Shown here one piece after another: positions 52,641 to 64,000 of a stretch of DNA of 64,000 nt. This DNA comes from Dimorphilus gyrociliatus (lineage: Eukaryota; Animalia; Annelida). The translations under genes were made by a program, and so were the position numbers. The DNA lies in NCBI GenBank assembly GCA_904063045.1, contig CAJFCJ010000020.1, forward strand, positions 124,001 to 188,000. Direction: 5' to 3'. The notes under the pieces are model-generated. The model ran no database searches, was not told where the DNA came from, and saw only the letters and a program-made list of their open reading frames with translations. Numbering within the stretch: the stretch's first letter is position 1; each line of letters opens with the position of its first letter.

Positions 52641-54887
52641 CTGCCAATTTCATCAAATCCATTTGCCTTTGCAGTCGTTTCATTTTCTACAAGAATTATA
52701 AACCTTCTCGAAAAGAATAAGAAATTCCCAGGCAGTTGTTAACCTTCCATTCCAAGTTATAAACTTGGCTTATAAAACATAAGAGAGACGTTATATCTTT
52801 TTTATTTTATTTTTTTTCTTTTCCCATTCACCTACTTTTTCTTTTTATTGATTTGTCTTTTTTCATTCTGAAGAATTTGCACTGATTATTAATTATACAG
52901 AAAAACGTTATATTCACTTATATACCCTTTGTAGTGTCAATACTGTTAAGAGAATAAAGAGAGGTAGAAAAAACTAAGTGCAATTTCTAATAATAATAGA
53001 AAAAGCGTTAGATTGTCTTATTTTTTAAAAAATAAGAGACAGAGAGTGAGAGAGAGAGAACTCGCCTATTTGTCTCTTCTTTCCCTCTTTTCTGCTTGCA
53101 TATTTTTAACGATAGCATATAGTTATTTATATTTAAACTGTAGATGGCGCTAAGGTCAAATAATGATAAATTGTCTAGATCTTTTCTTTGCGTATCCTTG
53201 ATCCGTTTTGCATGTTTCGTCTACTTGCCGTTAAAAGGAAATTGTCTGAGTGCGCGCGTGTAAGAGATACTATAGAAAGTAATTGGTAACGTCTTTATCA
53301 GGAAAACTGCTCAAACGACCTTGTTTATAGAGATAACTTTCCAGATTTATTTAGTTGATAAGCCTTTTATTATTTAGCATATTTTTCTATAAAGAACTTT
53401 TAATCAACAATAACTGGTGACATAGTTTTTTTAAGATAATTGCTTTGAAAGAATTTAAACACGTAAACATCTCATTCATTTATTTCGCTATTAAAAAGCT
53501 GAAATAAACTGAATACTCGATATTTTTATTAATTGAATGTGAAATAATATCAATACGGAGGCCACAGAAGATGAGAAAATATCTTCAATTTAGTTCATTC
53601 TCTAAACTTGACCTCAATTGATTACTACGTGGGAATTTAGCAGTGATTTTGCTATTTTTTTTGCCAGAGATCTCAAGTTCTTTTAAGTCAGTGCGTCTTT
53701 TTTAAAGCTGAAACAGCTAACAACCACGCAGAGAATTATTATTCAGAGTTGGTACTTCACACTTGGCGTTTACACGAACGTTAACTAATTAGATTTATTA
53801 ATATTGAAAATCTTAAATATTAATAAATAATAATTTATAGAGTGTTTCATTACAGTTCTTATTACAGTTTTTCTTATTATTCTTATATGCGTATACTTCC
53901 GATTATAATTAAGATTGTGACTCTATTAAAAAGGTAACAGAATACATTTATTGAGATAATTATAGCATACATTTCGTTTTATTAAGGCTGTCTCAGTAGT
54001 ATATTTAGATTTTTCTAAGAATTCATTTATACACAATTGGACCTATACTTGAAACAATTGCAGCTTATTTTTTGACGTTTTCTTACTTTTTTTTAATAAG
54101 AACAAAGAAATAAACTAGATTTTAAACCCAGTCTGTTTTATAGAGAAAGGTACAAAATGCAAATTTCATTGGAATTTCCCATCGTTTCTCTTAAAGTGGT
54201 TTTCTTTTCTTCTCTTTATTTATAGGGTTTTAACTCTTCTTTTTTGCTTTAGAATAAAAGTGTTACTTTTATTTTTTTTTCAAGTGAATTTAATTACCTC
54301 TCTCTCTCTCTCTTCTTTCTCATTCGAAAAAGAAAAAACAAACAACTAAAGCTTAAGTTCTTTTTTGACAAAAAAAACTTATTAAGTTTGGTGAATAAAA
54401 CTCCGCATGGCCCACACATGACTAGCAGCATGTCTACCACGTGTTAACTGGTTTGAACCAGCTCTCTCTAACTGTAAACAAGAGTATTTTGTTCTAATTG
54501 ATATTTTATTATTCGTTTTCTAATCGTTTTAAATTGTTCAGTACACTTACTTTTAAATAAAAATAATTACTATTAAAATATAGAAATAATAACCTTTTAT
54601 TAAACTACAAAACGTTTATAAATAGCACACACAAAAGAAGAATGAATAAAAGCTCAACTTTATCTTCTTGATGCTCTTTTCACAAATTCTTCATTGTTTC
54701 TTGTTTCTTAATGGTTTTTTTTGTTGGGCGGCGGGAAAGAGAAGGTTGCTTTTTTAAAGTATTTTTTTTTATAAAAAAATAAGAAAAAAGACAATAAAAA
54801 CATAACAAACGCATTCTAATAATTAAAATATATACACAATATCACAGTCTTTTTGCATTGAATTGATAAGAAAAAACTAAAAAAAAG

Positions 54888-55729
54888 TTAACCATATGTT
54901 GAAATATCAAATGATGTGCAAGAAGCTGATTTACAAAATCCAGAGTCTTCACTGTTTGATCCTCTACTTAATCTACTTTCATTCCTCTTTCTCCATATAC
55001 CACAGAAAGTAACGGCATTATATCTCTCTTGCCAAGTAACTGCCGTTGAATCAAGAAATCTCAGATTTGGTAGAGTATGTAGAATTTCGTATCTATAAAG
55101 TTCTTTTTTTCTATCTTTAAATAATTTATCTAAGGGGCAAGTTGGATTTCCTATTAAGCTGAGATAAGTTAAGGCAGGACATTTTTGCGAGAGTTCTTCC
55201 AGGAGAGTTTGAAGATTGGAGATGTTATTCTTGTTCAAGCTGAGAATCTGTAGACGAGGCATCCAAGGTAGATTTAACGAATCGTCTTGTCCAAGTTCGT
55301 TTGAATCGACTATTAACTCTTGAAGATTGACTAAAGATTCAAGGTCACGTAGAGATGTTAGATTATTACAACTTAAATCCAGTTTCCTAACCAAATAAGC
55401 AGAGTCTTTTTTTAATAAGTGTTTCGGTATTTTAACGCAATTAAAGCCGACAAAAGCTACCTGGAAACAGAAAAGCAAATGTATAACCAAAGATAAATTG
55501 TTAGTTGTCTTAAATAAGTAAAAGTTCACCAAGTTACTTTTACTTTATTTCTTTTCTCTCTTTTATCTTTTTCTTTTAAATCAAATATTGTGATCCTTAC
55601 CTCTTTCATCAAAATCAACTGTTCGGTATTTGAAACTTCGTCAAATACCCTCCCGGTGTGATAGACGATTTTATTAATGCCGTTCGGCTTATTCGATTTA
55701 CTCTTGAGCAATTTATTCTGAAACTGCAT
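54888..55729 (-). CDS. LRMDA: Leucine-rich melanocyte differentiation-associated protein (C10orf11)-like LRR protein
   Basis: Main exon 55460-54888: RKLDLSCNNLTSL, LQELIVDSNELG, LQILSLNKNNISNL, LTYLSLIGNPTCP, YRYEILHTLPNLRFLDSTAVTWQER (LRRcap). Upstream exon ends at 55601 (donor GTAAGG, phase 0); the start at 55729 is tentative. Confidence 0.8.
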
Positions 55730-58635
55730 TTCTTCTTTGACGATACAGACGTACTTTGTCCAACCAAATGTCTAATCGGCCAACGAAATATCTTTATAAC
55801 TCTATCGAAAACAATCGCACATATTACGCCCTCTATCGTCGGATTATAGTCCAATATAGTGTGTTTTTTCTGTGTTACAAGCATCCTAATCTAAAGATAA
55901 TCGTACCAGCTGACACTACAGAGATAAAATAGACCAAAATTCGATTGTGAAATCGTGGTAACTTAGATTGACCGATACTTAATATGGAACAAAGTTCCGG
56001 GCAATTGTTGCAATAGATGTCCGTCTCTGAATCAGGCCGCACGCGTACTCTATACTGTATAAAATTAACTAATGAAATAACCTTATTGGATGCTCGTTCC
56101 CTAAATTTGCTTATTTAGTTGCGTAGATATTCTATATTGGCCTAATTTTGTTTATATAGTTTTCATAATCACTGGCATTCTATTATTAGAAAATGAGTAG
56201 AGAGATATAAAAGTAAAACAAGACAGTTGAACGAAAACAAATTTTATGATAAGTTTGATAAAGGCCTATAATTCTTTGATAAGATACTTCCTAACTTCCA
56301 GCTTTATCTGGAAATTGCATCATCCAAACAAAACTAGTTTTAAAGAAGATTTATAATAGACGTATATACAGTATCAACCAATTAGAGAAGAAAATCAATA
56401 ACGCTAAATTCAACCTTATCAAGGACTATAGTAATTGCAAAGTTCGCCTTGAACGCGCCAAAAATAATCTATAGGATGATAACGCCATCTTAACAAAGAT
56501 TTTTGGAGCGCCCTCTATGGTAGCTGTTTGAATAGATACTAGCCAGCTTGAAGGAAAAATAAACTATAACAAAGGACTAAAGACAAAGCAACGAGTGATT
56601 CGATTGAGAGCAGCTACTCGGCAGAAATAACATGATCTATAATCGATCGAGGGGATGCTGGCAGACGCTAGCCGTTCCCGATGCGCCGTCGCTCGACTGT
56701 GGTAGGCGTCGCAAGGGCGCAACCAATCACTCCTTTTGCCCTCTTCCCATCGATTATCCTCCGTAACAATTAGCCTACCGTGAAAAGAGAGATTTTTTTT
56801 TTTACTTCAAGTTGAAACTAGACTCTTAACCCCATCCCCCCAGCATCTTTTCATTCCCGAACTCTGATTTTCTATCTTGATTCCATGTTTTCTTTGACAA
56901 TGGGCGTTTCCTCCAATTTCTTTACGCCTAAAATATAGGAAAGTGCAATAGCGTCTGATTAGAGTTGTTCTTTTTGGCTCCGTCACGCACAGTTGAGCTG
57001 GGGACGATTTTAGAAGCGGTTTTCTCATTTCCCGTATTGTTTGTTCGAGTTTGTGTACAGTAGGCGGTCGTTTGCGGCAGTCTAGATTCCCGTATTACTG
57101 CCTCTATTCACTATGGACAGCTATCGAGAACGTCGAGAGGCGTCTATTTTGAACGCATTCCGACGTATATTATATGCAAACGACCCGCGGCGAACTGGGA
57201 ACAGGGGAAAAGTGATCGAAAATATGAAAGCCATTGAAACGGACGGCGACGATAATTATTCAGTAGATTAAATGATCGATTGGCGTTCCTTAATACAGCT
57301 TTTATGCCAAACAATATTGTGAAAAGCACTTGAAAAATGAAAGTAAAAACAGAGACGGCAAAAATAACCTTCAGGGAAATCAGGCTTCTGACATCGTTTC
57401 ATTGAAACATTCATACTTCGATGGCGTATCCAAAGGGTTCTGATTGTATATACTTATAAGCTTTCTAAATTAATAAAAAGGCTCGTAAGAAATAAAAACA
57501 ACTCTTGTATTATCGATGACTTTAGGGAGTTTCGTGACGCATCACTTGCATATGTCTAATGTCGTTTCGTCATATAGACATATCTAGGTATATACATATA
57601 CATTGTACATACACGTTTAAAATAAAAATTAATAGATAAATATACAAGTATTAATCTCTCTATGTCGATACGTTTCTTAAAAATATATATATATATATAT
57701 GTATACTTTATATAATTTACACATAAAAAATGATAAAACAATCATTTACAGGTAAAAACGGAAGCATGTAATGAAAATTGTATATCCTTCTTAAAACGTT
57801 TCTCTCTTTTATTATGTCTACATCAAAAGAAGAACACAAAAAACTACGGCCCTCTTTCATTTGCGCAAACTTAACAATATTCTTTGCAAAAGAAACTTAT
57901 TTAAGCGAGCGCCATTTTATTTCAATTTAATCAATTAGCTCCTAAATTATTGCATAGAAGAAGTTTTTTTTTTGAAAAAAAAAACCTTGACAGTTTTATT
58001 AATGGCTACTGCTTTTTCCATAGTTTTTCCTTCCTTTAACTTTAACAAATAACAATAAAAAAAAGCTTTAACGCTCTCTTTTTGATGTTTTTTTACTCTT
58101 TTTTTAATGTTTTTTTTGGAATAGTTTTGCGCAAATGGCACATAGCCCAAGACTATATATCTGAGATCACAAATAAGTTTCTTGAATGTCTTTGCTTTTG
58201 TTTAACAGGAATGTTAAGCACCATTAGTTAATAACATACGTATATGCAAGGATATACATATTAATATACTACATACAGTATATACCTTGATATATACATA
58301 TTTATATTCAACATACTGTACAGTATGTGTATAGTATATCATTATATGTATAAATTTGTACATCTGTAGTATATATATATGTATTAGTATATATACTGTA
58401 TAAATTTATACTAATATATATATATATATACAGAATATATACAATATATAGACACTGCCATATAGTCTGCTTGATTGGCACCTTACGCCTTAACAATTCT
58501 CCAATTGGTGCTCCGAAAAAAATACGATAGCACGGTACATTTCCTACTTAAGCGAATCATCATAAGGCGGTCCATTACCAAAAGTATCTATTTATCTAGC
58601 ATATATGGCGTATTCGAGGCGAAATGGTATTTTTT

Positions 58636-61600
58636 CTAACAGCGAATGCTATGAATTTTTCCCTTAGAATTTGCCCGTGATGTGGCGCGGAGAAGGGCCA
58701 AAGTAGTTGATCTATTGATAGCTTGGCGTTGGGCGGGAGTTAGTTGAACCCCCAAATGGACAAGGTCCGGGGCCGAAACAGTTATTTTTCGACTACCGGA
58801 CAACGAATTGACTAAACTGTCTGTGCTCATCATGCTTCTCTCCCAAACACCCGATCTGGCCCTTTTATGTCTAGCAGGAGTTTGTGGGGTTCGATAACGA
58901 GGTTCAAAGTCATAGTCTTCTAAATAAGCATCCTTCGATCCTCTAGACAACTTCCCCAATCGGGGTCTACGCATTTCGTTGTCCCGATTATCTAAACTTT
59001 CGAGATCGTCCATTAACAAATTTCGTCCAAGGACATCGTCTATTTCGGAACCTTTCTTTCTGTTGGCCTTCTTCATTGCATCAGCGGAATGTTTGAGCAA
59101 GGAACTCTCGATCTGTTGGAGGGTGACGTCATTCCCTGTAGCATCGCTCACATTGCTGTCTTGTAAATTGTTGATGACGAAGCGCCACTGATCAAGTTTC
59201 CTTTCTGCACTTCTTCTGTAGATGATAAATGAAAGTCATAATCGAATGATAGTGCGATCTGCGCTTATTTTTCATAAGCAAAACTTCGGCGCCACCTAGA
59301 GGACTACGCGAGTTAATAAAAGCGCTAGAATTAACAGATGCATCAACTAAATTTCCAAAGAAAAAGCATAATAAATAAAATTAAAAGAAAAATTAAAGAT
59401 TATAACAAAATAATTAAAGAGTTTGGAAATGGGAAAAAGGAAGAAAAAAATAAAAAAGCATTGCCCCTGTGTCCTTTCCTTTAAAAAAAACACTAAACGC
59501 GCCTTTAAGATCTTGAGCCGACAACAATAAAGAACAACATGTGCTTAGAGAGAATAGTGAGAGGCAGAAATCCAACTAATCCGCAATCCCATAGAAAGGG
59601 ACAGTCAATCTCAAATAGGCTTTTGCCGTTTAATAATTAATTGAGAAAACATTCGACTTTTGTTTTAATACTCGGTTAACGTCACACACACTCTTGCAAA
59701 ATAAAACAGAAAAAAATTACATGTAATATTTATATAGTACTGTAAACATTCTACACGTAAAAATAGTTTGAATAGAATTAGAGAAAAGAGATGAGCTATC
59801 TCGGCTTATACGGCGAGTGAATAAATTTTTCTCTGGGATAGCTTTTTAGTGTGTATATTTTTTCATTTAATGCATTTTCTTTATACCGAGTTATTTGTAT
59901 ATATACAAACTTTCATCGCCGCTATTTCATCTTCAATTTAAAGTTTACACCCTCAACTTGGAGCGATAAGTGGTAGATAAAGCGCAGCGGTGATAAGATA
60001 ATAACTGTTTCGGAAGAACTACTAGCTGGTAGATCGATAGAATATTGCGTGATGTAGTAAAGGAGTATCAAAAATTGAATAGTTGTAGAATCGAAAGGAC
60101 GGAACGGTTTAACAAAGCCGTCGATCTGGCCATCGGGCAGAAGACAAATTCGTTTTCATAAATCTATACTACAAATTACGCTTTGACCATGCTATGGGAG
60201 CTAGTTTTTATATAAATTTCGCAATTGTACGCTCTCTGTCTCGTCCCTCCCAATTACACCTAACTCCTCGCATTAGTCCATTCACTCTTTAATTATTCTC
60301 CCGACAAACACATTTTTCACGGCTAAAATACTCTTAGTCCCATAAAAAGCCAAACTAAAAAGAGGAAAAGAACACAATTAGCGAAGCTGAAGCGATTGCA
60401 TGCAAAGGTAAAATAAAATTTCATTCGTTTTCGTCGTTCCAAAACGCTTCGTTCGAATAGAAGGAAAACGTTTGTTTTAAGCAAATAGAATGACGAAAGC
60501 AATGAAAAATAGCATTGGGAAGAAAAAAGTGGTAAGCAAAATGATGGGGACAAGGATTGTTGGGTTTAGATTTTGTGTTCGAAAATCGATGAATCAAAAA
60601 TCAAGACAAATGTACCTGCTAAACTCAGTAGGGGTAATATAATGACGAGTCACCCAACTGTAAATAAGAACTCTCATTTAAAAAAAAATCATGCTCGGAA
60701 AATAATAAATTTATGCTATAGACATTTCACAGTAACAATTTCTAAATAAACCAGTCAGCAGTCAAAAACGTCAAAGCGCGCCAAAGAAGCGTTTTAGTTT
60801 TATTTCTTTCTTTCGTTTCTCTTTCATATATAATATAAATATATACAGTATATGCGCTAATTAATAAAGTATATATATATATGTATATATGTTGTTGTTC
60901 TGACTTTAAGGTATTTCTTTTTCACGAGGCCTGAACGTGCACTAAGATAAACAACGTATTTTCATTCTTTCCCAAGGCATCGAGTGAATTCGTGCTCTTG
61001 GTGAAAGAACGTCAACATAACGCCGTAAGCAGTTGTACGTATGAAAAAGGTAAAAAAAATTGTGTGAATTGAACTTGTTAGCATTAGGAAATATCCCGTT
61101 AAAAAATTAATTTTTTCCACGCCCAGCCAACAGATAAGCCTACTATCGCAAAGACAAATTGCAGAGTCGGCATTTACCCTATAATTACTTTTTCTATCTT
61201 ATATTATGTATTATTTTTAAAAATCTATTCTTTAAACACTAAGAAAAGGTCTTTTCGTACACCGCTTACGCTGGTTATGTCTTTAACACCATCGCGTTTA
61301 TCTAAACGATCGGTTAAACAGCTAATGCGCGACGTTCATTGCAGTTAATTTTTACGTACAATGCGGATTGTCGGCGCCTATCTCTCGGAAACACTTGCCT
61401 AGATCCGTTGCTGCACGATGTGAAGAGGCGAGAGAAAAGGAAAAAATCGCATAAAAATCAATGACTTATTGGGAAGCGAAGACTGGCTAAATTGTCTGTA
61501 TTCGCGCTTAAAAACCACCGTATGATGTCTGATGCTACGAAAATGGCCTGAATTTTTAGCCGTCTAAGCTGTTAAGTGGAAACGCCCCACTAGAGGAGCA

Positions 61601-63150
61601 TTAACTTACCTTCTGTGAATGTACAAAGCCAATACTAGTAATAAGCATATTAGGAGCATGGCCGATATCACTCCAAGAGCTATACCGATTATAGAACTAC
61701 TCCTCATCAAATCGTGTGTTGCTCCGGGGGTAGGCGTTTCGGCCGTATAAACGCCACTGTTAATTGTTGGTGCATTGGGTAAAGAGCATACCCGAGGAGG
61801 TCTTTGGTTCCACTGCGATTCAGAACACCGTAATCTCATAGACGTTACACGTGTACCAAAGTCTAAGTAGTAACCGCTCTGGCACGAAACGTTGGCAATA
61901 AATTTGCCCTCTTCAGCGAACTGGTATTCCACTTTACCATTCTCTGGCACGATCAAGTCTTCGCAGCCGGGTCCCAAGCCCTCATATGATATAAAGAAGC
62001 CTCGTCGTGGCATTGAATCAGGGGAAGAATGAAAGACAATCTCCGCTTCGTAGTTGGACACTATTATTGTGTTTTTACCTAAATCCCCGCAATCTTTAAA
62101 AACTATTTTTCTCGTTGTTCGATCAACAATTTGCATGTAATCATTACATTTTCCACCGTTTTTTACTCCTACGAGAAAGTCGTGTATAATTATTCTAATT
62201 CTCTGTCTCTTTTGAACGGTTATTAACCAATAACACTTCGTACCCGTTCCATATGAGTTGGGATAGTTATATGACTGAATGTACCCCTTTCTCATTAGAG
62301 CCGGACTACCCATACCCTCACACTTCTTATGAATTTGAGAATCTGAAATAGGAATAAAATATTTCAAATAGGAATAAATTGTAAAAGAAAGCCAAAAAAT
62401 TCTAGATAAAAGAGAAAAAAATCATTTTCCAGTCAACAAAAATGACAGAGAACTTGCAGTGAGCTTTGTTTTCACCTATAACCCCCTGCTATATGACCTG
62501 TGAAAAGCAACAATGACGCGTGACGAGCTAGGGCCTCGAATGGCTGAATCGCCCAAAAGAGCTAGAAAAAGAGGGGGGGTTATGAGGAGGGTGGAGGGAC
62601 GATTGAAGGGAAAAGTTGCTTCTAATCAACGAGAAAAAAATCGAAACGAATTACATAACTATATAGTTTTCGATATTTTTTCCTCGTCAAGCACGCAACA
62701 TTCGAGTTGGAAAATGAATGGAACTTTGGACAATTACGCGACATTAGCGGGCGTCAATTACTCGTTTAACTTTTCATCGCTAGATGCCAGCACAAGGGTT
62801 GCCTTTCCCTAGCAAAAAAAACAAACCCAGCAATTTTGAACAATCACGTTTGACAAACATACCGTTGACGCAAGTGTAAAAGACTTGCAGAAATTCCTTA
62901 TATCCGCATGGATCTCGTTTAAACGTATGTTGATTCACAAATATTTCGCATTTTCGTCGTCCAGTACACATCTTATTCATCTTGTACCAGACTTTCATGC
63001 TGCACTGATGATCCATCGGAGTCCTACATTCCTTAGCATATCCAGAATGATTGCGACCGTAGAAGGCGTCGTTAATTAGTAGCGTTTGGTTCGAACGGCA
63101 TAGTAACGTCATAGCCTGTCCTTCGCAAGCAAATTCTTCTTTGGCCGTTG
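58636..63150 (-). CDS. Type I membrane protein: SUEL/Gal-lectin + CUB + Sushi/CCP + TM + about 190-aa cytoplasmic tail; signal-peptide exon not located
   Basis: Exons 63150-62863 (FACEGQAMTLLC...INDAFYGR...C.GRRKC...DPC..KEFLQVFYTC), 62342-61610 (GYIQSYNYPNSY...CYWLI...CG...F.S...RGF; C..L..PENG...C..GY...C...QW....P.C; TM IIGIALGVISAMLLICLLLVLALYI), 59215-58636. Phases 1, 1 and 2 are consistent; the stand-alone ORF 58636-59151 is this gene's tail. Confidence 0.85.
59288..59302 (-). promoter_or_regulatory. CTCF-like motif (CCTCTAGGTGGCGCC)
   Basis: Close match to the bilaterian CTCF core CC(A/T)CYAG(A/G)(G/T)GGCGC; similar sites at 11146-11159, 12761-12777, 53137-53151, 56506-56520 and 61582-61596. 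Motif only. Confidence 0.5.
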
Positions 63151-64000
63151 CTATATGAAAGGGAATAAAGAGAAAGTCTTATTAATTAGGCAGGTGGAAT
63201 ACGGCCAGAAACGGCTATCGACCGTGAAAAAATCTAGTCTATAAAACTTGTGTCGACGCTTTGACCTTATTGGTGGCGGAAGTTCGCAGGCGTCGAGCAC
63301 TCGCCGGTTATAAGTAAAGATCAATGGATAGGAGGGGAAAATAATTATTTCAATGACGTGCCAAAAGAAAGGCGAGAGAACATGCTATGTCTCTTCTTAT
63401 CCTACTTTTCCTTTTTTCTTTTTTTACCCAACCATTATCCTCCAGGAGAGGATAGGGAAAATCACAATTAGAATTCAAATAACAAAAATCTACATTTTTT
63501 TGGACACGCTTCCGGTAGAATAGCATCTAATCAATAAACATAAGCAAAAAGCATCAAAGGGAATTAGCTTATAAAAAAAGGGTCTATGTGCATGAGATTA
63601 GCATCGTCTGCGCTACGTATAGGTGCAATGAGTTTCATATAGATTATACGGTACAGTCGTACTTTATATTTTTGCCATTGATCAGTCTATCGAAAGCAAA
63701 TAAGATGGTTGGTAAGCCTACAGACTTTTAATGCAGACAATTATGAAAATAGATCAAATTTCGGTATTTAATAATTGACAGCTAAGTGTACAGCAAAAGC
63801 AGTATCAATTCATATCGAATTCGTAGTTTTGTTGTTAAAATCTGTAAATTATTAAGCAAAGAGAGTTCCCGTAAAATTCTACGGTTTCGCATCAACGCCT
63901 ATTTACATTAGTACTGGTTTTCATCTCAACAACAGCGTAAGAGATTAATTAAAGAATCCGCAACGTATTCGGTATCACCTATTTATACATAGTAAGCGAA

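Noticed and set aside
57144-57331. Possible extra terminal exon of the lectin-CUB-Sushi gene (good acceptor TTTTTCAAG, phase compatible with a GTTAGA donor near 58640)
   Set aside because: The donor is weak, the upstream frame already has a natural stop, and the peptide is not recognisable.

Overview
AT-rich eukaryotic (bilaterian invertebrate) genomic DNA with compact, spliced genes. Most confirmed introns are about 58-90 nt, and some genes have very large fused exons. The style resembles a miniaturised spiralian genome such as the annelid Dimorphilus, but that is inference only. Genes reconstructed by hand: (1) RGS3-like C2-PDZ-DH protein (+, 2668-8399); (2) divergent class A GPCR (-, 16946-18753); (3) PFK-2/FBPase-2 (PFKFB; +, 23879-26098); (4) a decayed coiled-coil gene (-, about 26950-30100); (5) full-length unc-13 (+, 30778-47301, about 1813 aa); (6) EGF-FN3-like-TM protein with a disturbed 5' end (-, 50279-50857); (7) LRMDA/C10orf11-like LRR protein (-, 54888-55729); (8) SUEL lectin-CUB-Sushi-TM receptor (-, 58636-63150, first exon not found). 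I saw no tRNA, rRNA, CRISPR array or intact transposon, and no evidence of a wholly new multi-gene system. The most interesting signals are hidden splicing architecture that the ORF track misses: two independent tandem-duplicated, equal-length, apparently mutually exclusive exon pairs (PFKFB kinase domain; Unc-13 C2B loop), seven consecutive symmetric Trp-containing exons and a 9-nt microexon in unc-13. There is also a strong excess of TATAC(A/T)GTATA and CTCF-like motifs. All counts and translations were done by eye, with no database searches.
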